Assembly: GCA_023213395.1 (NCBI GenBank)
Contig: CM041465.1
Location: forward strand, 169,267,741 to 169,331,740
Direction of reading: 5' to 3'
Source of the DNA: Cycas panzhihuaensis
Lineage: Eukaryota > Plantae > Cycadophyta
Length of the DNA stretch: 64,000 nucleotides
A model generated the notes under the pieces. It did no database searches. It was not told the DNA's origin and worked only from the letters and a program-made list of their open reading frames with translations. Within the stretch, counting starts at the first letter, position 1; each line of letters starts with the position of its first letter. Shown piece after piece: positions 52,050-64,000 of the stretch. The position numbers were made by a program, and so were the translations under genes.

Positions 52050-54245
52050 AATTACTCCAAAAAGATGTGGGTCTATTTTTTAAAAAGGAAATCTAAAGTT
52101 TTCAATGCATTTAAGCAATTTAAGGATTTGGTTGAGAAGAGCACTGGTAGGTTAATCAAATGTTTAAGAACTGATAATGGAGGCGAGTTCAACTCCTTAG
52201 AGTTTGAGAACTATTGTAGAGAAGTTGGGATCAAAAGGCATAAGACCACTAGCTACACTCTACAGTAGAATGGCATAGCTGATTGCATGAACAAGACACT
52301 CTTAGAAAGAGCGAGAAGCATGCTAAGTAATATAAGTATGGAGTAGGGCTTATGGGTAGAAGTTATTTAAACAACTTGTTATTTGGTAAACAAGTCATTA
52401 TCACTTGTAATAGACTATAAGATTCCTAAAGAGGTATAGACTAGACATCCATGTAACTATTCAAATTTGAAAGTTTTTGGTTATGATGCTTATGCCTTGA
52501 CTAATAAAAGTCAACGTTTAAAGTTAGACCCAAAATCCAAGAGATGTATCTTTGTTGGTTATGATGATAGAGATGGTGTGAAGGGATACGGGTTGTAGGA
52601 TCCTACTGCCTATAAAATCACTATTAGTAGAGATATTATATTTGATGAATCTCCCTTTCTAAAATTAGACAGTGTAGAAGTTGAAGTGAAACAGGAGTAG
52701 AAAGCTAAATATCAACAGGTCAAGCTTGAGACCCAACCATCTTTAGAAATAGAAATATGGGTAAACCTTTCTAAAGTTGAATCTGCAATAGATTTATAGG
52801 AGTATGTGGATACTCCTCCACCAACTATTATAAGATCTATATGAGTCAGTCATCCATCTAAAAAGTATAATCCTTCTATTTCTATTACTTTGGTTTCTAA
52901 TGATGGTGAGCCTACATACTATTAGGAAGCAGTAGATGATATCCATAGTGAGAAGTGGAAGAGACCTGGCAGGAAGAGATAGATGCTTTGAAGAAAAATA
53001 ATTCATGGGACTTGGTAGAACTTCCACATGGTAGGAAGACTGTTGGTTATAGGTGGGTTTTCAAGAAGAAAATAAATATTGATAGGAAGGTTCATAAATA
53101 TAAGGCAAGACTAGTGGCTAAAGGCTTTACACAAAAAACATATATTAATTTTCATGAGATCTTTTAACCAGTTATTAAACTTATTTCAATTCAGGTTCTA
53201 TTAGCATTGGTAGCTTCTCTTGATCTGGAGTTAGAGTAGTTAGATGTAAAAATAACTTTTCTACATGGAGATTTAGACAAGAAGATCTATATGGATTAAC
53301 TAGAAGGATTTGTATAAGATGGTGGGAAAAGACTTGTTTGCAGGCTTAGGAAATCATTGTATGGCCTGAATCAATAACCTAAGCAATGGTCTAAGAAGTT
53401 TGATGCCTTTATGGAGAGCCAAAATTTTAAAATAAATAAGTATGATCATTGTATTTGCTTTAAATTCTTAGATAATGACTTATTCATTATCTTGGTATTG
53501 TATATTGATGACATGCTGGTTACAAGTAAGAGTATGGTAGAAATTAATAAGTTAAAGGCTCAATTGACTAAGACTTTTGATATGAAGGATTTAGGAGCTG
53601 TAAAATAAATCTTAATCATGCAGATACATAGAGACAAGAAAATAGTAAGCTATGGTTATCACTGCAGAAATATATGGAAAAGGTGATAACTAGATTTAGT
53701 ATAGCAAATGTGAAACTAGTTAGTATCCTATTGACTTCCCATTTCAAGCTTTCTTCAAGTATGAGTCCTAGTAGTGAAAAAGAAAATGATTATATATCTC
53801 ATGTACCTTATTCCAGTGTAGTAGGAAGTTTGATGTATGCCATGGTATATATATGACATGATATTTCACATGTAGTCAATGTAGTTAGTGGGTTTATAGA
53901 AAATCTAGGAAAGGAACATTTTATGCCTTGTATGACTCTCTCATATAGCCTAATTTAGGGTATTTTTTTTATGATGTTGATGATATTCATTGTATCTGAT
54001 ATATTGTGAGGCATAGGGAAGTTAGTTGTTGTTGTTGTGAGTATTCTGCTACTGATTATTTATATTTCTCCATTCTTGGATAATAATGATCGATAAATTT
54101 CCTATGTGGATGTTTCCCTAACACATTACTAGGATTTTACCATGTTATATCTTGTGTATATGTGATGCTTTAGCTTTCTAATTTATTTATTATATTATCT
54201 CTAGTCTAAGAACTTAAATGTTAAATTTCAGTTTCAATTCTTATA
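52050..54245 (+). mobile_element. Ty1/copia internal fragment (integrase, RT) followed by LTR-like sequence
   Basis: IKCLRTDNGGEF, YKARLVAKGF, LYIDDML, YSSVVGSLMYAM. Coding similarity stops abruptly at ~53920, before RNase H. Confidence 0.85.
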
Positions 54246-55179
54246 ACTACTTACAAAATAGTTTAGATCATGGTGGTAATTTATGGTTACTGGGACCTAG
54301 TTTACTGAACAAAAACCACTTCAACTAAGTTTCATTAACTAGTCTTTGAGCAAGCATGATAGATTTGACTTCTTCTCAAATCTTTTTATAAAAGAAGAAA
54401 TGGTCTCCTTAGACCCTCCCTTTATAATTGACAATTCCTTTATAAGGGTAGCATTTATCTTTAGGTTAAACTAGTTAGGCCTAAATATATTCATTAGACT
54501 TTACCAATTATTAATTAAACCATTTGGTAATCCATGAAATCAAATGCTTATCCTTCTAGGTAATATGTAAACAACTTGATTATAACGTATACGTGAGTAA
54601 TATTAAACTTTTTTATCATCAAAGAGAACTACTCAAGTTTCTTCTCACTTGTTATAGAGCTATCATAAGAAAATTTAGGACATGCATCCTAGGCTTTATC
54701 TAGTACATCATGTAGGCCATCACCTAGATCTAATAGATCATTAGTTATCCATGGTAGAACTTCTTCAATAATGCTCTTCTTTAAGTCTGATTAGCTCTTC
54801 TCTATATAGGATTTAGTCTATTATCATTCTCTGCCATTTCTATATTTTTAATAAGTCACTCTTCCTATAACAAAGGTTGAAAAACTCTAACAGAACTACT
54901 TGATAAGTTCTTCTATTTCTTGTATGAGAGAGTTGGATGAAATCTCCTTGGAAGCCCTTATTTACTTGAAAATAGGTGAAGGTCCTCCTAAGTTGTTAAT
55001 CTAGCATTTTACTTTAAGGAATAGAACTAAAGGATTTCTATATAAAGAAAGAATGAAGTATATACATATAGCCTTTAAATGTAGCTTTAGTAGATTGTCT
55101 TGTTCCTAATATGACCACTAATAATGTTCCTGCTTTAACTATTCCTAACGCATAATCCAAATTACCTAATATGTTACTA

Positions 55180-58100
55180 GTCTATATGTTTATAGGCTAA
55201 TAAAAGGAAAGTGTAGAACTCATGGGTGGAATACACCCTATTATAATAATTTATTTAAATGAAATAGATATCATCCTCTATCTACTATATGATTCCAATG
55301 GTAGTATGAGTTAATATCTTGATCAACCTTAACTTAACTAGTGAGGCAAATGACTTTTGATAAAGTGGTATTCTAGATAAAAGGAAAGGAATAAGAGAAA
55401 GATTATAGTACTATGATAAACTTATTTGTGATAATAAAAGTTAAACATCCATAAGGTTTTTTACTATCACTAATAAAAAGAAGAATACTAAATTGTATTT
55501 CCTTAATATCCCAACATTAAGCAATATGATGCAACTAAAAATCTAAAAATACATTCATATAACCATTAGCAAAGTGTTTTGAGAAGAGAATAAGTGAAAA
55601 TCCCTTAACATACATATGAATCACTATAAAACATATCTTTGAACTTCAAAGAAATTAACTCATTCATTGGCAAATCACTAGGCAAAGTTCATAATGGATT
55701 GGAAGTAAATGATATTATTTTATTGGTCTTCAAAGGATGGATTTCAATGACAGTTTATTGGTATTAATTTATGATCCAATAATTTCATAGTTTGATTGTA
55801 ATAGTAATTAGGTATAACTTGCTACCTAGAAGAATCCCCTAATATAAACTAATGGAATACATGTCTTCTAATTAATAGTAAAGACTTCAATATCTAAATC
55901 TTAAGCTTGTTAAGGAGTCCCTTAAATTAAAAATTTGGATCTTCTTCATAGGCACATGTAACTTGTTAAGGGGAAAGGAAAATTACATCAATTACTTGAA
56001 TACATTTAAATGAGAGGGATTAAATTAGGATAAGCTAATAGAAAGAAGATAGATCTATAGTTAAGGGAAGAAAAAATAAAGAAATATAAAAAGAGAATAA
56101 TAGGAAAACACCCTCGATACATCACATATACTGATTAGATTTATAGTAGTTAGTATAGAATGCAATCTAATCTTATCAAATAGAACCTCTTTTCTCTATC
56201 TTTCTCTTTGTCCTTTATCCTTGTTCTTCTTTTGATTAGTCGTTGGAGGGAAAATCAGTAGCATTAGTGTTAATGTAGCTTCTAATTATAGGAAATCAGT
56301 TGCCCATTCCTTCAATTCTCCTTCCCTTCCTAAATTTTAAAATTACTAGTAACATGCATGGTGACTTGTCATCTGCTATAGTATAGGTGTCCCAATAGTT
56401 TCATCCTATTCAACAACTAATTACCTAACTACCAATTCCATTATATCCACTTATCGAATATGCACAGATAACTTTAATGGATAATTGACCTCTATTCTTA
56501 TAATGCTAGAGTTGATGAAGATGCATATCTTTTCTCCACTATCTCCTTGTGAAAAATTAATAATAGTTGGAGGTTAGACATTTCCAACATCCATTCTAGC
56601 TTATAAACCTCATCCTCAAGAGGTAATTACCTTTGATCTCACCTCTATAATAAATGCTTCAAAATTATTTAGTTATCTTTCCAACTTAATATCTTTTCTT
56701 CTTATCCTTCTAATTGGTTTACTTGATCAAAACTTAATTATTGCCTCTTTAGAGTCATTTTACTAGAAATCAAAACACAAAAAACTTTCTTGTCAATAAC
56801 CTCCTCATCTCCTAATATACTTGGATTAAAACCAATAGTAGAATATGAGATATCAACCATAAAAGGACCTAGTATCTTGTTTATTTTTTTATCTTCTTGC
56901 ATTACCAATTTGCTTTTTACACCCCCTCATTTAGAATATCTTGTTATTTATGAATAAATAACTTATATACTAAGATAGTTTTAGGGTTATTAGTAGTTAA
57001 TTATTTCTTGAAATTAGAGAAATAATTGCCTTCTTACAACTCCTTCTGATATGTTGAGAGTACCTTGGCTTCCACCTCACTTAGTTTTTTAGTCTTTTTC
57101 TCCTACTCTCTTAGTTTGTCAATAAGCTTCTAGAGAATAGGTACCTAATGCTTCTCTTCTTTATATAGTTTTTCTATTGAGCCTATTATGGATTGTAGAC
57201 TCATAAATGCCACCCATACATTTCTTACTGCTTCTTCCATTTTGGGTGTAGGCCCTTCATCTAGTAGGTTAATGGATATATCACTACTCTATGTTGTATG
57301 AAGCAACTTGATTTGGTTATTTATAGTTGTATTTTTTGCTTATAAAGCCTCATTCTCTTGCATTACTAGTTATAATTATCTTTATAGATCAACCACCTTA
57401 TCCTTGACAAGCTAACCTATGGCCAAGTATAGGTTAATTGATTCTATGGTATTGCCATCCTTGTCTTATTTGCTCTATTGATAGAATTATTCTTGAATGA
57501 CTATATAAAAGGTTAGAACTTGTGTTGATCCTTGCTTTGCTTGTCCCATTTTCATCTGTTTTGTAACCCATAGATCAAGCCATATTTTCTCATCTTATCT
57601 TTCTTCTTGGCTCAAGATCATTAATGAAGCCTTATTTGTCTATGAAGTATAAGTCTAGACTATGGCCTTTTCCTCCACTTGGATGATTGATATTACTTAC
57701 TCTAAGTGGAGTTCAACTATCTCCATCTTTAGGGACTCTTGAATTACCATCTACTTTTCATTATAATCAACATTCTTTTTGGCTTTTAAACAACTAAGTT
57801 AGGTGAGATATACAACATCTTTAGAATACCTTCCTCTTATAGATGAACATTGACCTCTTCTTGTTGAGATAATTACCCAATAACTCCTTTAACTTATTGA
57901 ACTTCTTAGGCTTCTACAATGACTAACATCTCTTAATTTCACCTCCTGGAATATTAATTAGGATGATGGGAACCAGCTCAATAACACTAACTACTTCCTC
58001 TATTATCTTTTCTACTCCTTTAGCATCCTTAGGGGACTTGGTTTCCATATAGGAACTTGATCCCAATCCCTCTTAAAACTATCCAACTTTCTTTAATATC

Positions 58101-61100
58101 TTTTAAGGTTTTGTTATGTATGGCAATGGTGAGATAATGTTGCCTCTTAGATAGGATACTCTATTAGTGATTTTAAATTTGTAGGGGAAATCTACTCCTT
58201 TGTTAGAATAGGATGGGAAGAAGGTGGTGGCTTATAACCCATTTCTTTTTCTAATAACTATTAAAAAAATATAATAATAACTATGCATAACATAAAGAAA
58301 GAGATCATACAAACATGGACCATGAAAACATGCAACAAAATTTGTGGAAGAATGTACATTTCTTAAAGGTTTGTATTATATGACACACATATACATAGTT
58401 ACATCAACTTCTTTATAAGCTAATCATAACATTAAAGCCTCTATAACAACTTATAAAAATTATCACAACTCTTAATGTAGCCCACCTATAGAGAGTACAT
58501 CAAACATGTGCATCTCTTGGTTAATATGAGGGATAGTCAACACATGAATTTAATATTACATCCTAACAATCTCCCCCATTAGATTTAATTCATGTCATAA
58601 GTTAACATCTATATGAATAGACAACCATTTCCCAATGCACATGGGCAACTGATTGTTGTACTTGATAATGCTCTAGGATGCCCTTTAAATACATGGTTCA
58701 TTAACTTCTCTATTAAAAGGTGATTCCCTTATAAATACTCATCTTCAACTTTAAGCTCAACTAAAGAACATAGGCTATTCAACAAGTTTTTTCTTATAAC
58801 ACATTCACACCAATATACACAAGCCCTACAAATAACCATTACATTCATAAAAAAAATCTCTAGTATGAATCTAATACATGGTCCATCCAAAGTATACTTG
58901 CATTATAATGTGACAAATTTTAATACCTTGACCATGCATATCTCGCAAGTTTTCATCAAGACTATATTAAACACATGTAGAATAATCCATGCCTAAATTT
59001 TTACCCAAAAAGAACGTTTTTTATAATACTTTAACATGCAAGCATCAAGTTCTTTGATTAAAATCTCCTTCACAAAAGCTCAAAAGGGGTCATGTAACCA
59101 CTCATTTCATATATGTAAAAACAATGAATCCAATAGAATATATGACACTCAAATATGAATCCTAGTGAAGAAAAATAGAGGAAACATTACTAATAGGTTA
59201 TTAAAAAATGAAAAATGGTCAAAAATAAAATTAATCACCTTTCAAAAACAACTTTGGTCACATCATAACTATAATGTGACCACACTTAAAGTCTCTATAG
59301 ACTTAACACCACATTGTAAAATGATTATATTTCATAACATAATACTAAAAAAATTAGAATCATAAAATTAAATTTGTCATTCAATGTTTTAATTCTATGT
59401 GACCTATGTGTGACATTTCTTCACGGGCTAGCGAAATTCTTCATTTTGATTGATTAAATTGATTTGCTCTCCATCTCCAAGCTTTATGGAATCTTAACAT
59501 CCATTATAGAATCTTGAGCAATGCCCATACATTAGCAAGGAGATACCCAATAATATAGGCATTATAAATGCACATAATTTGTGAAATTAAATTTTCATAC
59601 AAAAGATTAACACTCTAAATAATGCCTAATATAAAAAAATTTATGTTGGGAGGAGCCCTACATTTATGAGAGTCATGGATAAAGTTACCAACTTACCCAA
59701 CAAACTATCAAGCCCTTAATAATCTACTTACCATCACTATGTAATACCCAATAGAGGAATAAATCATAGAGCAATGCAATGAGGGTGTTTAATAGGTATA
59801 TTAAGTGCCTAATAGTGGCTAACAACCTAAATCTATCACAAAGTAGTCCTAAGCACAAGCTATAAATACATGAGTATCCAGACAATATAACATCAGTGTC
59901 CAACATTGGTAATTCAACTTCACACCTCCTTTTCTTGCTCCAAATAAGAAATGGAGGGATTTTCATCATTTCCCAATACTCCCAAACAAGAATATTTCTT
60001 TATACAGACCAATAACTACTTCAATAAATGAACAAGGATCCCTTCACAACAATAACTTCTCACTAGAAGGGTTCTTAGAATTTAGAATACTTTAAATCTT
60101 TAAGAACTCATTCTTGAACATTGTGTAATACCTTAGCTCATCATTGTCCCATACTAGAAAACTTGAGCAATTAAATAGGGATATTTCTATTATCTTTACT
60201 AATTAATCATCCTTCATAATAGCCAATAGACTTCACATGTAATAAATTCTTGTCTTGCATCTAGGTGTCCATAAAATTTATGTCTTCATCATTTTGAATT
60301 AAATGATGGCTTTAATTCTAGTGGTCCCCCACAACTGGATTTTCTTCACATCCAATAGCATACCGTCAGCTATAATAATAATACATATCTTTAAAATAGG
60401 CTTCAAATCAATAATATTTTAAAAATACTTAAATGTAGGCTTCATAGATTGATCCTTAAGGCTTTGATACATGTAAGAAAATATAATAATAGCTATGCAT
60501 AACCTAATAAACAAAGAGATTGCACATATATGTACTATAAAAATATATAACATAATTATTAGAAGAATGTATTTCCCTTAAAGGAGTTGCATTAGATGAT
60601 AAGTACATATATATATAGTTATATTGACCTCTTTATGGGCCAATCACAACATTGAATCCTCTATAACAATCTATGAATATTAGTATAACTCTTAATATAG
60701 TCCACCTATTAAGAGTGCCTCAATCATATGCATCTCCTAGTCAACATGCAAGATAGTCAACATATGAATTTAATATTATATCCTGACATCAACACCATTC
60801 TCTTCTCTTCTAATAAATTGACTTGTACTAGTAGTTGATGAGTATTTTCCTTAGTGGGAGGGGTTAAAGTGGGTGACTTATGTTATTTCTTCTTCTTCTT
60901 ACTTGTGTCAATAAGTTATCCTTGTGCTTTAGTCCTATTCCTCTTCTTAGTATCCTATAATGTACGTTTGAGCATACTACCCTCACCTTGTTCTTCCTCT
61001 TCTTCTTTCTCTTTCTCTTCTCCTTAAGGCATTACCTCAACTATCCTAAAGTCCTATGCCTCTTTTTTACTTCTAGTATTAAATACTAACTCTTTCTTGT

Positions 61101-61260
61101 ATATAAGGTGATTACCTTCTTAATTCCTATGCTTCTCTAGATTATCCAGTTTATGTTGAGCTAAAGTCATCTTGATACTAGTCATATATTAAGCCATTAT
61201 CCCATCCAATTTATAATACATAGGTGATGTCCTCTTCAAATTATAATCCATAGTTAGTTA
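55180..61260. repeat. Old dispersed repeat, copy 2 (one insertion)
   Basis: Colinear with copy 1 in the same orientation; lacks the three copy-1 insertions. Confidence 0.8.
58259..60788 (-). mobile_element. Internally deleted, non-autonomous LTR element (copia-like)
   Basis: ~310-bp direct repeats at 58259-58568 and 60472-60788. Minus-strand PBS-like TGTATCAAAGC (60471-60461) and PPT GGGGGAGA (58577-58570). Absent from copy 1 of the host repeat. Confidence 0.82.
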
Positions 61261-63072
61261 TTATAAGGATTATCTATTAACTTATTATTTAGGTAGACTA
61301 TCATCTAAGCATCTTCCCTTAGATATTGGGCTAACATAGCTACTGATTTAGGGCAAGGAAATACCTTTGATATTAGCCCAATTTGTGCTAACCAAAATTT
61401 CCATAATTAGCTATTATTTTATTATTGTACTTTGAATTTGTTATTATTTGTTCCCTTCATGCTCACTATAATGTTACTAATGGTTGACATGATGGTACTT
61501 TTTTGCTAGCAGTTAATATGATAGGGTGATTTCATCCTACAACTTACTTTAGTCCAATGTATGAACTCCTTTACCTTTGTATTGTTCATTACCTCTACAC
61601 TGCTCACTCTATCTAGTGTTGATATGATAAATAAAATGAGATGAAAAAGATTAATATAACTATTCTACTCTATCTTTGTAGTGCTATATGCTTTGAACTA
61701 GTCTCTTATTTGTCACCTATTAATTCATCTCATGCATGTCATTGATCAAATGTTTGCTATTATACTATCAAAATGAATTTCCAAGATATAAGTTAAAGAT
61801 CAATGCTCCTATTTTCATGGAACTTCATTTGATTAATGACATTGAATAATTTTCTATATTTATTCATATTTTACCTAAGAGTATATCCTATTAGTCATTG
61901 AATCACTAATCCTTATACTTCTATGTAAAGAACATATTTTGTAGGGATCTTATTCTATGGAAGTTTAATTTTCTTTATAAAATACCTCAACTCTGAAAAT
62001 ATAAACTTATATATATAAATTACTTTACCTATGAACTTGTCATCTTGTGAGTTACTTCTTTTGAAGAGCCATCTCTCTTGTATATTATCTCTCCCATAAG
62101 TTACCTTTTCCATGAAATCACTTATTATAAATTTCCTTTTGCTTATTTATTTTTTTTCATTTTAACTTTTTGTAAGAAAGATCTTTCATGAGAAAATATT
62201 CTCTTTATACTCTTTCCCTAAAAACCTCACCCATATTTTACTTTTCTTTAGCTATATCTCACTAATAACAACCCAACTCTATGGAGTAATTTGCAAATCA
62301 TCGTCCCCATAAAGACCTTGTCCTATAAAACTACTCTTTCTAGAGACATAAATTTTGAATATAGACCTCTCTTGTGGGAGCCTCCTTTCATGGGGAAGAT
62401 GCATTATGGGAACTTTGTCATAAAAGCTATCTCTTTCAAACTCTCTCCTATAAACAAGACATCCCACAAACTCTTACTTCCACATACTTCTTGTTTGAAT
62501 AGTCAATCTTAGGTCCCAAAAGACATATAATTGGAATTATCTCTATTTATCTTTTTTCTTTATTTATGCTCAAATCTACTACTATATATACCCATTATCA
62601 AAATTAACTTTTACTTATACCATACTTTAATCACTATTATTGACATCTAGTCTTAAAACCTTTAGTGTTATACCCTAAAGAGGTAATGCTTACATAACTA
62701 GCAAAGAAACTAATAGAGCTCTAAGATTAAGATTAAGTGCAATAACAAGAAACTATTTGAGCAAAGGTAGAAGCTTGCATTTATCCTTGCATTGCCATCA
62801 AGGTGGAAGCTTACAAATAGATTTCTAGAGTTTCATAGTTAAAGCCATGAAGCTTAAGCAATTAATAAAGACTAAACCAATTACTTAATTCTGAGAAAAG
62901 AAAACTCTAATTTAGTGAGTAAGAGACACTAGGAGGTTATGTACTTTGGTGTCATTCTTCCTTACTTTAGAATGATAATGGATCAATATGGATGGGAATT
63001 CATTTAGCTTCTATAATATATCCCATACATATGAGAGGAGAAGATAAAGACTCATATATTCATTAGTGGATT

Positions 63073-64000
63073 TGTGAGAATAGGCACATGCATAACATCA
63101 TAGGATCAGATTAAATATAAAATCATAGGAAAACAAATGAAGTTGCACATATACACTAGTTGACAGGTGGAAAACCCCTTCTGGGGAAGAAAAACCACCT
63201 TCTAAAGTTCTATTTTTATTAAGAATAGTGGTAAACAGAAAACCAAACAGGTAACCCACCTAACACCTAAACCAGCTTTTGAAAAGGCATACAGACAGCC
63301 CTCCTAGATTCATGGAACCATCTCCTTGAATCTAGGAGATGAATTTATACAACGAAAGGTTCATTGAAATGTAGTTCCACATTTCAACTACCTTTGACAT
63401 AAGATAAATTAATAAACATTAAAGTTTAAACATTATGATAACTTAAATATACATTTAGACATGTGACTTAAATATGAACTTTTAAAAAGATTACATTAAC
63501 ATTCTAACATCCCCCTTTAATGTAAACTTTTGTACTATAGAAAAAGAAGATCTTCATCACGGTGATCCCCCTTTGATGGAGGCTTCTTTTATCTGCAACA
63601 GATCTCTGAGATTTAAAAACTTTGCTTCAGTTAAAGACTTCTTAAGAATGTCAACAATCTGTAGATCTGTTGGACAATAAGACAAAGAAACAAGATTATC
63701 AGTAACTAAATTGCAAATAAAATGCTGATGTAATTCAATATGGTTAGTCCTAGAATGTGAAACTGGATTAGTAGCTATAGTAATTACACATTGATTATCA
63801 ACTTTAAGTTCAATGGAAGAGTTTAAAGACAAACCAATTTCATTTAGTAAAGATTTGAGCCAAAGTGCTTCTTTACTAGCTTCAACAAGTGCACGATATT
63901 CCACTTCAGTTGTGGATAAAGCAAGTGTCTGTATTTTCTTACTAGACTAAGTAATAGGTGAGGAATCTATAAAAAATACATAACCTGAAGTAGATTTGCA
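63073..64000 (-). mobile_element. 3' end of a Ty1/copia element (RNase H, PPT, 3' LTR)
   Basis: EYRAL...VDNQ...HSRTNHIELHQHF...QIVDILKKSL. PPT AAAGGGGGA at 63518-63510; LTR starts TGTTAG at 63509. The far LTR edge is uncertain. Confidence 0.85.

Overview
This is land-plant nuclear DNA from a large, TE-rich genome, with old elements that are AT-rich and CpG-depleted. It holds one intact host gene on the minus strand: two coding exons (15691-14117 and 13124-12951, 582 aa) encoding a TPR protein whose long disordered N-region carries many DPF and FG[DE]F motifs. The rest is nested, decayed retroelements (Ty3/gypsy, Ty1/copia, a 5'-truncated LINE) plus a ~1 kb (AT)n microsatellite. The most interesting region is 4.1-11.1 kb. 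(i) Two different miniature LTR elements (10802-11125 + and ~8834-9127 -) each assemble a tRNA-type Pol III promoter across the LTR/PBS junction: A box in the LTR end, B box after the PBS, identical 32-nt spacing, and a closing stem. (ii) A composite insertion at 4130-9127 has ends from two different LTR families joined through a fold-back palindrome, yet is flanked by a single 5-bp TSD. (iii) The larger partner carries an apparently spliced eIF5A fragment. All calls come from reading the sequence by eye; boundaries of old TEs are approximate.
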